Shown piece by piece: positions 49,887-63,717 of a stretch of DNA of 64,000 bases. A program made the translations under genes and the position numbers. Under the pieces are notes generated by a model that searched no databases, was not told the origin of the DNA, and worked only from the letters and a program-made list of their open reading frames with translations. The stretch's first letter is position 1. Each line of letters begins with the position of its first letter. Source of the DNA: Selaginella moellendorffii (Eukaryota > Plantae > Lycopodiophyta); assembly GCF_000143415.4 (NCBI RefSeq), contig NW_003314365.1:509181-573180 (forward strand), in the 5' to 3' direction.

Positions 49887-52800
49887 TGTTAGGCGCCAGC
49901 TTTGACTACGTGGTCAACATTAGTCAAAGGGAGGCTCAAGGGTATATTAAGGCATGTTAGGGTAAAGGACTTAACCTACCCTAGGGCTCACAGTGGAGCT
50001 TTTGAGGTAGCTCGGGGGTGGTTGGGTGGTGAGGAACTTCAAGAGGTGGTGTAGCATAGTCTAGGGCTACTAAATCTCTGTCTTTTTGCGCCGGATCATA
50101 ACATTGGTATCAGAGGATTGGTTGCGATGGCCGACCAAGCTGAACGCTGGAATCCTATTGTCGATGGTGGTGCCGGCGATGGTGCCGACGAAGCTGCGGA
50201 AATTTGGACCATTCAAGATGTGGTTCATGAGCTGCGAGCCCTTAATAAAAATCAGCAAGAGATGCAAGACGAGATGCATGGCATGATGGATACCATGCGT
50301 GGGCGTGTTGAGGCACTCAAGGCTGGACGGGGTAGCGCTCCAAGTAAGCCTTCTTTGGTAGATCGACTCAAGATTCCAACTTTTTCCGGTGATGGTGGTG
50401 TGGATGAGTGTCTCACTTGGCTAGCCAATGTGAAGAAGTTCTTGGCTGCTAGGGGAACTCCGGATGCAAAGGCTTTAGTGGCTATTCCAATGGTTTTGCG
50501 TGATGCGGGTCTTCGATGGTGGAATTGGCTTGAGGAGTCCCGTGTTGCGGATAAGAAACCACCAGTGTCTACCATGGATGAGTTTGAGGCTGCTTTCCGT
50601 TTACGTTTTGCCCCTCATTACGACATGGAGAATGCTCGTACAGAACTTTGACATTTTCAGCAAGGGAAAATGACGCTCGGGGACTATATTGAGAAGCTTA
50701 CTCGCTTGATTAGTCGTGTTCCAACGAAGGATCCAGATCAGAACAAGTCCTACTTCATTGATGGCCTACATAGTGAGAGCATGCGGCAACACTTGCGTCA
50801 TTCTCAGCCTACAAAGAGTTTGGAGGAGCTCTTTGATGCAGCTCGTCGACTTGACAATGACAAGCACAAGTCTCGCAAGCGTTTGCAGAGTCCTTCTGTT
50901 GAGAATCATCATGATGATCACCGTGGACACAAGGATGGGAACAAGCATCACAAGTTGAAGTCGGTGGTGACTACTTCAGATGCAAAGGGGTCCAAGAAGC
51001 AGAAGTTCTTTGTGAAGAATTATCGACAGGGTTGTCATAATTGCGGCGAACTTGGACACTACAAGGCTGATTGTCCGCAGTTGAAGAACAAGCAGCAGGA
51101 CAAGAAGAATGGCCAATCTTCTTCTCACGGTAAGTCAGATACTAAAAAGTTGCAAACTTTGCAGCGTGAGGATGAGGAGAACGACCATTCCGGTCAGAGG
51201 AAGCGACTTTAGATCGTTGCTCGTCAGCTCAACTGTGTATGGAACAAGATGGAGCTTGAGGATACGCGTGAATCAGCTTTAATGCTAGAGGGCGTGTTCC
51301 GTGGCAATCTAGTGCGGATTTTACTGGATAGTGGGAGTGATGACAACTTTGTTTTGGCAAAGTTTGTTGCAGAGCATGGCTTGGTCACACGCGGAGTTCT
51401 TCCATACACAGTGGAAGGTGCAGCTACCTTTGCTCAGCATTTCGATGCTTATGTCAAGGGGCTGGAAGTGTTGGTTGGCAAAACCACACTTGTGGAGACT
51501 TTTTATCTCGCGGATATCCATTGTGTGGATCTCATCCTTGGGATGCCATGGTTGGTGAAGGTGGATCCAGAGATAAAGTGGAGTATTAAGCGTATCTCGC
51601 TGGAGTATGGTGGCGTTAAAGATGTGTGGTTTGGCGAGGGCGTTCAACCCCCAGTTGTTATGCTCTCTGCTACATCTTTGAAGCGGGCTTGTCGTAATGG
51701 AAAAGCACATTCGAGTTACTTGCTGTTTGTTCGTGACTTGGGGGACCAAGGCACGTGTGGGGGAGAAGCAGCAGTACGGGATGTACTTGATGAGTTTTCT
51801 GATGTTTTTCCATCTGAACTTCCTCATGGATTGCCTCCGTTACGAGGTGTGGAGCATGGGATTACATTGGAGCCGGGGACACGGCCAATTTACCGGCGTC
51901 CATTTCGGTTAAGTTATGTGGAGGAGCAAGAAGTTCAACGACAAGTCAAGGAGTTACTTGAGTTTGGATTCATTCAGCCAAGTAAGTCTCCATTTGGTGC
52001 TCCGGTCTTGCTTGTGAAGAAGAAGGATGGTTCAATGCGAATGTGTATTGACTACCGCGCTTTGAACAAGAAGACAGTGAAGGATAAGATGCCGATGCCA
52101 CGTGTGGATGATATCCTAGACAAGCTTGGTGAAGCACAAGTGTTTACCAAGATTGATCTGAGGAGTGGATATCATCAGATTGCAATGGATGATGCATCTA
52201 TCTCCAAGACGGCATTCAACACAAGCTTCGGACATTTTGAGTTTATAGTTATGCCGTTTGGTTTGACGAATGCACCAGCCACATTTACTTGGTTGATGAC
52301 AGAGGTATTTGGGCGTTATCTTCATGAGTTTATGGAGATTTTCTTGGACGATATTCTTGTTTTTAGCAAGAATATGGAGGAGCATAAGGTGCGTTTGCGC
52401 AAGGTTCTTTTGTTACTTTGAGACAACAAACTTTATGCAAAGAAGAGAAATTGTGAATTTGCAAAGTCGGAGGTGGAATATCTAGGCCATATTGTGACAT
52501 CTCAGGGTGTCAAGACGGATCCAAGGAAGGTGGCTGTGGTGGAAAACTGGCCTACACCGACTACAGTGGCCAAGTTGCGCAGTTTTCTTGGTATGGCTAG
52601 TTACTACCGACGTTTCCAGCATAAGTTTGCAAAGGTGGCTATTCCTTTGACGCGGTTGTTACGCAAGAATGTGCCATTCGAGTGGAAGAAGCCACAAGAG
52701 GAGAGTTTTGTGGCGCTGAAACAATTGTTGAGTGAGGCTCCAGTGCTTCGCATTGCTGATCCATCGAAACCTTACGAGGTGAAATGTGATGCGAGTGGTT

Positions 52801-54778
52801 ATGCACTGGGAGGAGTTCTCATGCAAGAGGGACAGCCTATTGCATATGAGAGTCGAACTTTGAATTCCGTTGAGCAACACTATTCCACATATGAGCAAGA
52901 GTTACTCTCTATTGTTCATGCTTTGCGGACGTGGCGACACTATCTTTATGGTGCAGTGTTCGTGGTGTTGACAGATCACAAACTAGTGTATCTTTTCACA
53001 CAAAAGGAGTTGAACACTAGGCAAGCTCGTTGGATGGTCAAACTCATGGAGTTTGGGGAGTTTCCTATTGAGCATCGTCCGAGAAAATCAAATGTGGTGG
53101 CGGATGCCTTATCTCGTGTTCGTCATGTGACGACGTTACGAACACGATTTTGTCATCATTTGAGTAAGGTGGTCAGCGAGTTTGGGCAATTGGTTGAGCA
53201 TGCTTAGGCTCAGGATGCTGAGGTGGCCTCTTTGCGAGACCAGATGGAAGCTCCTTTCTCATTGGTGGATGGGATTCTCTACTACAATGGCCGTGTATAT
53301 TTGCCACGGGTGGATGCGTTAATTACTCAAGTTTTATTCCACTATCATGATCGTCCAGAGGCCGGTCATTTTGGGGGGAAGAAGACGTATGAGTTGATTA
53401 AGCACAACTTATATTGGAGGAATATGAAAGCTGATATCCTCAAGTATTGTAAATCATGCGAGCTTTGTCAGCGGGTTTAGGTGCCACGGGAGAAGCCGGG
53501 GGGACTTTTGCAACCTTTACCTATTCCTCAGAGCCGTTGGTGTAGTATCTCTATGGACTTCATCACTTGTTTGCCACAAACACAGAGGCAAAAGGAGCAA
53601 GTATGGGTCATAGTGGATCGGTTGACGAAGTATGTGCGGTTGTTGGCTCTTTGGAAGACTGTCACTGCCTCAGACTTGGCTGCGGTTTACTTGGAGAAGG
53701 TTTTTCCTGATTTTGGTTTGCCAGAGGACATCATTAGTGATCGAGATTCAAAGTTCACCAGTAGATTTTGGAAAAGCTTTGCAAAGGCTATGCAAGTGAC
53801 TTTGAAACTCTCAAGTGGAGATCATCCTCAGACGGATGGGCAAACCGAGCATGTGAATTAGGTGGTGGAGGATATGCTATGTTGTAGCATTGGTCAAAGG
53901 CAAGGACAGTGGGATCTATATCTTCCGTTGGTGCAATTTGCTTACAACAATAGCCAACACAGTGGAACCAAGCTAAGTCCTTACTTTGCCATGTTTGGAA
54001 GGCATCCTCGAACAGCGGTGGAGTTGGGATTGCATTTGAGTAAGGACGTTCAAGATAAACTTGATTCCGAGGTGACTGATTTGGCCACAAAACTTGATGA
54101 GATTTTGGTGGTGTGCAAACGGAATTTGCAAGCAGCTCAGGATAGAGCGGAGAAGTTTGCCAATGAGCATCGCCAATTCCGGGAATATAAGGTGGGTGAT
54201 CTCGTCTTTGTGCGAGTGATCTTTCCGTCAAGTGAGCGGCAGAACACCTTGGTGCCTTTACGGATAGGGAAGAGTGATAAACTCTCCCATCAATATGCTG
54301 GTCCATATGAAGTGCTGGAGCGCATTGGTAAAGCGGCTTATCGGGTGCGGCTGCCAGCTGGGGTGAAAATTCATCCGGTATTTTATGTCAGCTAGTTGAA
54401 AGGTGTACTATCTCGGAGTGACGGGCCCAATGCCTCCTTGATGTATACGGCTGTGGAAGATGGACCAGGAGCTTGAGCAGGATTCCCCAGAAAGGGTGAT
54501 CACCAATACAACTCGTCCTTGGGAGAAGGACTTTGTTGGGGGGGAAGAATTGTTAGGCGCCAGCTTTGACTACATGGTCAACGTTAGTGAAAGGGAGGCT
54601 CAAGGGTATATTAAGGCATGTTAGGGTAAGGGACTTAACCTACCTTAGGGCTCACGGTGGAGCGGCGGCGCAGTGGAGCTTTTGAGGTAGCTCGGGGGTG
54701 GTTGGGTGGTGAGGAACCTCAAGAGGTGGCGTAGCATAGTCTAGGGCGACTAAATCTCTGTCTTTTTGCGCCGGATCA
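49887..54778 (+). mobile_element. Near full-length Ty3/gypsy LTR retrotransposon with short LTRs (49887-50103 and 54551-54778)
   Basis: TGTTAGG...TAACA 5' LTR, tRNA-Met PBS TGGTATCAGAG at 50105, and PPT GGGGGGGAAGAAT before 54551. The LTRs differ by about 8 substitutions plus a 16-bp indel. The 3' LTR lacks its terminal TAACA, and I see no TSD. Confidence 0.95.
50127..54476 (+). pseudogene. gag-pol in one reading frame with seven in-frame stops
   Basis: CHNCGELGHYKADC knuckle; protease LLDSGS; [21 protein letters not shown] and FLDD; RNaseH CDASG; integrase HHCC, SMDF, SDRD and HPVF. All track ORFs share one frame. Confidence 0.92.
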
Positions 54779-54789
54779 TTGTACATTGG

Positions 54790-55480
54790 TAACAATCCTC
54801 CCCCTCGTCAGGGAATGATCGTCCACGATCATACTTAGGCCACCATCCGGTCACCATGGTCCTTCTCTTAGGGTCTACCAAACCTTGGTTCTCCCTCTAA
54901 ATCCACCATGTTGAATATTCCTTCAGAATATTCCTGCCCCACTTGTTAGCCACGAGAATCGAACTAGGCTCCGATACCAATGTTAGGATCTTATCCCTTA
55001 CACCCTAAGCCAACTAGCTAAAGGGGTGATCACTTGATTGTAGGGCCCTTTCTTTATCCTATTATCCTGACCTGGTGCCTAACAATCCTCCCCCTTGTCA
55101 GGGAATGATCGTCCGCGATCATACTTAAGCCACCATCTGGTCACCAGGGTCCTTCTTTTAGGGTCTACCAAACCTTGGTTCTCCCTCTAGATCCACCATT
55201 ATTGAATATTCCTTCTGAATATTCCTGCCCCACTCGTTAGCCACGAGAATCGAACTAGGCTCCGATACCAATGTTAGGATCCTATCCCTTACACCCTAAG
55301 CCAACTGGCTAAAGGGGTGATCACTTGATTGTAGGGCCCTTTCTTTATCCTATTATCCTGACCTGGTGCCTAACAATCCTCCCCCTCGTCAGGGAATGAT
55401 CGTCCACGATCATACTTAGGCCACCATCCAGTCACCATGGTCCTTCTCTTAGGGTCTACCAAACCTTGGTTCTCCCTCTA
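54790..55480 (-). mobile_element. Tandem TRIM array: 104-bp LTRs at 54981-55084 and 55272-55375, about 186-bp internal segments, 291-bp period
   Basis: LTR TGTTAGG...CCTAACA. Minus-strand PBS TGGTATCGGAGC and PPT GGGGGAGGAT flank the internal segments. No coding capacity. Confidence 0.9.
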
Positions 55481-56366
55481 TCCTGAGCTGCTTGCAAATT
55501 CCGTTTGCACACCACCAGAATCTCATCAAGTTTTGTGGCCAGATCAGTTGCCTCGGAATCAAGCTTATCTTGAACGTCCTTACTCAAATGCAATCCCAAC
55601 TCCACCGCTATTCGAGGATGCCTTCCAAACATGGCAAAGTAAGGACTTAGCTTGGTTCCACTGTGTTGGCTATTGTTGTAAGCAAATTGCACCAACGGAA
55701 GATATAGATCCCACTGTCCTTGCGTTTGACCAATGCTACAACGTAGCATATCCTCCACCACCTGATTCACACGCTCGGTTTGCCCATCCGTCTGAGGATG
55801 ATCTCCACTTGAGAGTTTCAAAGTCACTTGCATAGCCTTTGCAAAGCTTTTCCAAAATCCACTAGTGAACTTTGAATCTCGATCACTAATGATGTCCTCT
55901 GGCAAACCAAAATCAGGAAAAACCTTCTCCAAGTAAACCGCAGCCAAGTCTGAGGTAGTGACAGTCTTCTAAAGAGCCAACAACCGCACATACTTCGTCA
56001 ACCGATCCACTATGACCCATACTTGCTCCTTTTGCCTCTGTGTTCGTGGCAAACAAGTGATGAAGTCCATAGAGATACTACACCAACGGCTCTGAGGAAT
56101 AGGTAAAGGTTGCAAAAGTCCCCCCGGCTTCTCCCGTGGCACCTTAACCCGCTGACAAAGATCGCATGATTTACAATACTTGAGGATATCAGCTTTCATA
56201 TTCCTCCAATAAAAGTTGCGCTTAATCAACTCATACGTCTTCTTCCCCCCAAAATGACCGGCCTCTAGACGATCATGATAGTGGAATAAAACTTGAGTAA
56301 TTAACGCATCCACCCATGGCAAATATACATGGCCATTGTAGTAAAAAATCCCATCCACCAATGAGA
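55476..56366 (-). mobile_element. Inverted copy of the integrase region of the adjacent gypsy family
   Basis: Highly similar to about 53258-54147 in reverse complement. Confidence 0.95.
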
Positions 56367-56386
56367 TTGAGATTGTTAACATTGTT

Positions 56387-57253
56387 CTCAAGATTCCAAC
56401 TTTTTTTGGTGATGGTGGTGTGGATGAGTGTCTCGCTTGGCTAGCCAATATGAAGAAGTTCTTGGTTGCTAGGGGAACTCTAGATGCAGAGGTTTTAGTG
56501 GCTATTCCGATGGTTTTGCGTGATGCGGGTCTTCGATGGTGGAATTGGCTTGAGGAGTCCCGTGTTGCGGATAAGAAACCACCAGTGTCTACCATGGATG
56601 AGTTTGAGGCTGCTTTCCATTTACGTTTTGCCCCTCATTATGACGTGGAGAATGCTCATACAGAACTTCGACATTTCCAGCAAGGGAAAATGACGCTCGG
56701 GGACTATATTGAGAAGCTTACTCGCTTGATTAGTCGTGTTCCAACGAAGGATCTAGATCAGAACAAGTCCTACTTCATTGATGGCCTACATAGTGAGAGC
56801 ATGCGGCAACACTTGCATCATTCTCAGCCTACAAAGAGTTTGGAGGAGCTCTTTGATGCAGCTCGTCGACTTGACAATGACAAGCACAAGTCTCGCAAGC
56901 ATTTGCAGAGTCCTTCTGTTGAGAATCGTCATGATGATCACCGTGGACACAAGGATGGGAACAAGCATCACAAGTTGAAGTCGGTGGTGACTACTTCAGA
57001 TGCAAAGGGGTCCAAGAAGCAGAAGTTCTTTGTGAAGAATTATCGATAGGGTTGTCATAATTGCGGCGAACTTGGACACTACAAGGCTGATTGTCCGCAG
57101 TTGAAGAACAAGACAAGAAGCAGCAGGACAAGAAGAATGGCCAATCTTCTTCTCACGGTAAGTCCGATACTAAAAAGTTGCAAACTTTGCAACGTGAGGA
57201 TGAGGAGACCCACCATTCTGGTCGGAGGAAGCGACTTTCGGAGGAAGCGACTT
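56387..57253 (+). mobile_element. Second copy of the gag region of the adjacent gypsy family
   Basis: Highly similar to about 50367-51210. Confidence 0.95.
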
Positions 57254-57311
57254 ACCCCACCTCCTGCCTTTCAGTGCCGAGCTTGGGTAGGTTTTGAGCT
57301 CATGAGCTTAT

Positions 57312-60300
57312 TGTAAGCGACAAAATTTTCCATTTTACTTTAGTCACTTAACCACACCTCTGACCACTTGGAGGAGTCTCACTCACACCCTCGTAAGTCC
57401 TGTTTTGGACTTAGGGACTTACTAGCCCCAAGAATGGCATCCATGCCATTAAACCATTGCACTTGGTCCAAGTGCTCCATGTGTCTGATCCTATGACCGA
57501 CACCCCAAGGTACCACCGATGTATCAGCCTATTACGATAAGGCCATGCCCATTCACATTGGTCACACCGGTAGTCTACATCACAGCTCCGTCTCTCAAAG
57601 ATTGGGCCATCTATCCATGAGTGATCATCCTAGATCCACTCCTTAGCATCTTTAGGATGCCTGCAGGCATGGGGAATGGCCTTCCCCAATATCTTTTTTC
57701 CGGTCCCCACCAAGTCCCTTTCTGCCCATGGCCGTGTTCGCCAACACTGCCACTGGATTGGGGCCCATAAGCCTGACCACTAAGTCGCACGGTCCTCTTC
57801 CTTTGCATAGTTTGGGACTTTGGGACAATATTTTGGAACACCATGGCTTTACGCAAGCCTCATGGGTACTCTACCCACCTTCTACCTTTTGGTGCTCTAG
57901 CCATGGGCTTAGAGCGAGGTTCCGTTGAGCCATATTAGGTATCCAAGTGGGTAGTGCCACCCACACTTGGACTGGGAGCATTGACCATTCGATCTCCCAG
58001 GGGAACTAGAGTCGGCTCTTGAACACTTCACCAAGCTACCCCGCTTGTCAGTCCATATTCACTCTAGTCTTGGACTTCTTAGTGGATATCCCATCATCCA
58101 ACACTTGGGCACAGCCTTCCTGGGCCAAATTGGCCTTTCCTGGCCAAACTATCCTTTCCTAGCCAAATTGGCTCCATTGGAGTCCTCCCCCTACTATACT
58201 TTTGGAGCTCACCAAACCCCCCAGGGTCTGGGAGACGAACGCTTTGGGCTTTCACCCTCTCAGACTCGAACTCGGACTCGGACTTGGACTCGGACTTGGA
58301 CTCAGACTCGGACTCGAACTCATACTTGGGCTCAATCTTGGCCTCGGCCTCGGTCTTGGTCTTGGTCTCGGTCCCGGTCCCGGTCTCGGTCTCAGTCTCG
58401 GTCTGGACTTCGGACTCCATCTTAGGTCCTTCTCGGACTCCATCCCGGATTCCATCTCGGGTCCATCTCAGACTCCATCTCGGGTCCATCTCGGACTCCA
58501 TCTCTGTCCATCTCGGACTCGATCTCGGACTCTATCTCGGAATCCATTTCGGACTCCATCTCGGGTCCATCTCGAACTCCATCTCGGTCCATATCGGACT
58601 CCATCTTGGGTCCATCTTGGACTCCATCTCGGTCCATCTCGGACTCCATCTTGGGCTTCATCATGGACTCCAACTCGGGTCCATCTTGGTCTATATCAGA
58701 CTCTATATCAGACTATATCTTGGACTCCAACTCGGGTCCATCTCGGACTCCATCTCAAACTCCATCTCGTGTCCATCTTGGGTCCCTTTTCTAGAGACTC
58801 TCTTATGGCTCGCTTCATGCTTGTTCCTTAAGCACTCCGTTCGGAGTTCCACTCCCGCTCTCAACCTTTCAAGTTGGAGCTTTTAGTCCAAACATGTTAT
58901 GCTCATTTGGCTTTCGCTTCTGCCACCACCACATGGCACCCTTTCGGCTCCACTTTGGGGCTTAGGGATTTGTTTCTCACAACTCCACCACCCATAGACG
59001 AAGTTTGATGTCCCTATCGAACAGTAAACCCCTTTTATAAAGTAACACCCGTATGTATTACCATTTCCATTTTTGGCACCCAGCCAATGTTTGTCTATGG
59101 TTTGACCCCCAAGGTTCACCATGCCTTATCCATCCTCTAAGGAGCATAGTCTCTCCAACAAAGAGACTCATTCGGCCATATAGGGTGGTTTGCTCCCCTT
59201 TTATTGGTTCAGTTCTCGCTAAACCCGTTAGAGACACCTTCTCTAACTCAATTCCACTACTCATTCTCAAGTAGTCTCAAATTCCATCGACATAACCTTT
59301 GCACTTTGGAACCTTTAATTTTGACTCTCAGAGTCAATTTCCTAGGTGTCTCCGACACATTTCGTTGCACATGGTGCAACTCCACTTCCCCATCCTAGGA
59401 AGTTCTTTACTTGAGGGCGCCATCATCCTCTCCTTGATATTGTGCCTCCTCGATATCGATTAAGTTCTAGTTATCATAATTTGTGCTAAGGCTGGCCCCG
59501 GCCCTATTATTTGGCTACCTTACTACTCCCACTTTGGAGCTTCCACTTTCACCAAATTGGAGCGGTTGGGAATCCATCCTTGGGAAAACATTGCCTTTCC
59601 CACAATCCGTTAGCACCCAACACATTAGTGTTCTTGGCCTAACTTGCCATTTGGGTTCTTTCCCATAATTCCCATGGCTCTTTTTTTAGCCACTAATCTT
59701 TTGCTCCTATCCTTGATTGTTGCACCTAGCAATATAGGATCGCTACCTCCATTCTCGAGGTATCCTTTCGGTTCCATAGTGAAGGCTTTTTTTTTGCCAA
59801 GTCTAGAGGGTGCTCACCCTTAGTACCTCTCTTTACCATTTTCTACTGTGGGCTTTATCTACGGCCCAATTTTGGGACCCTCCCACGGGTCTTTTATAGA
59901 GACCACTTTCTTTGGACTCACTATGCTATCGTTTTAATATAGCTCATTTCCCTTACATATTCTTCCCACTTGGTCCCCTTGCCTAAGCCACACCATCATC
60001 AATAGTTCAAATCAACACTTTGAACTAGGAACTTTATTCCTTATCCTCACAAGGACCTCGTCCTTGTTTTAAGCCATAAGATCACATAGTGATCTAACCT
60101 CGGCACCTTAACAGGTTTGCCAATAGGTACTAGGTCTTCTAGACCTTTAAGTTGTTCACCATGACCCCGGGGGCATCCCCCACACTTGGCAGTGCACCCA
60201 AGCCAGCCCTTCCGGCCAAGGGTCATAGCAACTGAGACTGGGTGTCCCCATCTCCTTCACCACGTCTTTGGTGCCACTTGCACCAAAGTGCTCAAGTTAG

Positions 60301-63300
60301 ATATGGCGAGCCACACTAAGCAATCTAACTGTGCATCATGACTCTGAAGCATCCTCCGCTTGGTGGTGTGCCCAAGCCAGTCTCCTCACTGAGAGTCCAT
60401 AACCACTGAAATATGAGTGTCCTCATATTCCAAACCATCACCACGCCCTAGTGATTTGGGACTCGAACCCAAGCACTAGAGGGTTAGGACACGAACCCAA
60501 CCTTCGTATATGCATCTACGGATGGCATCACCCAAGATGCCTAGCGTGACTCCCCATGCCGGTGCACCAATTTATACCAAAAGCGTGCTACGGATCATAG
60601 CTTAGGAACTTAGTCCCTCCAAATTGCCAAGTCTTCTCACTTAATAAATCTATGATTATGCATGGACTCCTCCATGCTTGGCCCCATGAGCCACCCTTTT
60701 GAAGTTAGCACCTTCAACTAGGGGATTTGTTCCCTTGACTTGCCACTCTCACTTAGCAAGTCACCTGACCAATGTAACATGGTTTTATGCATAAGCGTGA
60801 AAGTCTTTGACCATCGACTTTCGTTCAAAGTCATCCCTTTGAACACTCAAGAACTATTTCCCTAACCTTGATAGCATTGCCTTATGGCAAGCTCCAACAC
60901 CATGCTTTTGCTGTGCCACTCTGATTTCACGCGTTCTATGAAACATTTACTCTTGACTTTCTAGGTACTACGCTACCTAAGATTGACTTTGGGAACCTTG
61001 AAGGAACTCTGTCCCTTAGCTTGTTAAGGCTTGTCTTTTTGCAAGTCTTCTAATTGCTATATGGTTTAACATGGACAATTCCATACCTTAGACTCTCTAT
61101 GGCACCACAGTTGTTAGTAACAACATGCTTGAGCGCCCACTTGATTTTTCACTCCCAACTGATATAACCACCCTTGGCTATGCTCTTTGATTCCTATGGT
61201 TTGGTTTTATCCCTTTACTACTTGGTTTTGGCCTCACATATTTCCTTTGGTTATTTACCTCTAGACTAGGAAGATAGCCTTGCACTTTCTACCATGTTTT
61301 AGCAAGTATTCTTAGGGATAAACGTACCTGATAGCCTAAGGAGTGGTTCCTCAATCCGGGTATGCTCACCTTATAATCCCACATACTGGGATTAATGTTG
61401 CTACTTATAGGCCTATATTTGCCCATCCCCAACCTTGCCAAAATCCCATTTTTGGTTTTATCCAAATGGGGTAGATGGATTCCTCCCGTCTCCACAACCT
61501 TGAACGTTTGGATGGCACCTCTTATCCATCATTCACTAGGGACTTAGTCCCTTGGGCCTTATCTAATGCCCTTGCGACAGCAAACACCATTTCCTGGTGT
61601 TTTAGAGTGTTTGGGTGTCCCAATGATGATTTTCTTTGGCAATGAACATTCCCTTTACGACATTGACTTACTATATCACAACATAAGTAGCTTCTCTCCC
61701 ATAAGGGTATATCCAACTTCTTTATCCCAGAAGTCTTATGTAGCTACTTTCTACCAGTTTAACCAATTATTTTGCACCTTTTGCTTAGTTGCCTCATAGT
61801 TGTCAAGTCCTACAACTCATTGCTTGGTGCTTCCACACCTCCATCATTATCTGGATCACCACACTCCAATCGCATACCTTCCAGCTTAGGCTATGCCATT
61901 CCTATTTCCATTGGGATTCCCTTGGTAAGGGGTTCTCATGAACCCACCAACATAACCTCAAGGTATCACACCCTGGCACATTTGGTGTTTCCACACCATC
62001 AGCTCCATAAGCCTATCTTTATGACACTACTTATTAGTGTCTAGGTCTTTGCTAAGACCAATACAGTGTTTCTTATACTAGCTATTTGTTAACACTACAC
62101 CATAGTGTTCACACACAACTCTATGCTAAAGTTGCTTTCTTTTTTGGGGAACACCTTTCCCATGACTTTAGCATTTCATATTTTGCCATCGATGAGATAC
62201 CCTTTTTTGTCATACTTGGATTTTATGATCCCCCCCCCATCCTTCGTGGGGTACCACACACCTTAGTCCAAATGCTTTCATCAATCCTTTAGGACTATTC
62301 CTTGAGTCTATTTGAGTCATCCAGCTTTTTAGACTTTATCATCCGACAATTTGTAAGGTCCTACCTTTGAGGTGCCAGCTCACTGGAATATAACTTCTTG
62401 TATTCAAGTCTTACTCACAAGGACCATCTTTGCAAGTTTTACTCTGACACTTGATTTGTTCTCTTGGGGCAACCTTTTGCCCCTTAAGACCACTTGTCCA
62501 TGTGATGAGAATACCAACTCATCCTCTGAGTACACCCCTCCCCCCCAAGTCCTTGGGTTGTTCCAACATTTATTAGAGGTAGCCCCTGCCACCATTTTAA
62601 GGACTTGTGTCCTCTTCTGTATTTGACATCCCATGATCATCAATTCCGGTCTCAAAGTTATGAGCACCAGCCTCTGTTATATGAGGGTAATCTTGTGACT
62701 CCATTATTGTTTTGGAGTCTACATCTTTCCCGTGATCCCAACTATAGTTGTTTACCACAACTACGTTAACCCGTTTGCTGCGTCAAACGCTCATTTGGAT
62801 CACATCCTTAGCTCTTTAAGGAAACCTTATACTGTTCTCAAGATCCCAAAGTTGTTCCATTATTGGCCCTTTTCTATCCACCACCTCACCTAGAAGTTCA
62901 CACATGAACTGTAGTGGAGAGTCATGTCTTCCTGACTTGCTACTTCTCAAGGATAGGCCCACTCCTGGGACCTTCTGATGCCAACACCAGTGGTGATATT
63001 CTTGAGCACCAATAAAAGTCAAACTAAGGAACCGCTCCAATACCAAGTTGTAAGTAACTAAATTTTCCATTCTACTTTAGTCACGTAACCACACCTCAGA
63101 CCACTTGGAAGAGTCTCACTCAAAACCTCCGTAAGTCCTATTTTTGACTTAGGGACTTACTAGCCTAGGGAATGGCATCCATGCCACTAAACCAATGCAC
63201 TTGGTCCAAGTGCTCCACATGTCTGATCCCATGATCGACACCCCAAGGTACCATTGATGTATCAGCTTGTTATGCTAAGGCCATGCCCATTCACCTGGTC

Positions 63301-63717
63301 ACACCAGTGGTCTGACACAACTTACATCACAGCCCTGTCTCTCAAAGACTAGGCCATCTGTCCATGAGTGATCATCCCAGATCCACTCCTTAGCATCCTT
63401 AGGATGCCCGTAGGCATGGGGAATGGCCTTCCCCAATATCTCTATTTTGATCCCCACCAAGTCCCTTTCTGCCCATGGCTATATTTGCCAACATTGCCAC
63501 TGGATTGGGGCCCACAAACCTGACCACTAAGTCCCACGGTCTTCTGGGACTTCCTCCTCACATGATTGTATCCTTGGTCTCTACCCTAGAGGATGGCTCC
63601 TCTTCCTTTTCACAACCTGGGACTTTGGGGCAACATTTCAGAACACCGTAGCCTTACGCAAGCCTCGTGGGTACTCTCCCCGCCTTCCGCTTTTGGGTGC
63701 TCAAGCCATGGGCTTCG
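57312..63717 (-). mobile_element. Non-autonomous or decayed long-LTR retrotransposon (family A): 3' LTR 57312-58981, internal region about 4.07 kb, 5' LTR from 63049 interrupted at 63718
   Basis: TG...CA LTR of 1670 bp. Minus-strand PPT at 58982-58993. PBS-like TGGTATTGGAGC just left of 63049. 63049-63717 aligns with 57312-57910. No long internal ORF. Confidence 0.85.
58260..58790. repeat. 6/12-bp tandem array inside the family A LTR
   Basis: GGACTC, GGTCTC and GGACTCCATCTC units, which produce spurious low-complexity ORFs. Confidence 0.9.

Noticed and set aside
57432-57450. ATGGCAT-CC-ATGCCAT in family A LTRs as another copy of the 22-bp palindrome
   Set aside because: It shares the 7-bp arms but has a 2-nt rather than 8-nt core and occurs once per LTR. 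Probably coincidental.
58094-58886. LGLGLG / DSISVS / SESESK repeat proteins (also 10571-10927, 18858-19526, 63701-63961)
   Set aside because: Stop-free frames produced by 6/12-bp tandem arrays in LTRs, open on both strands.
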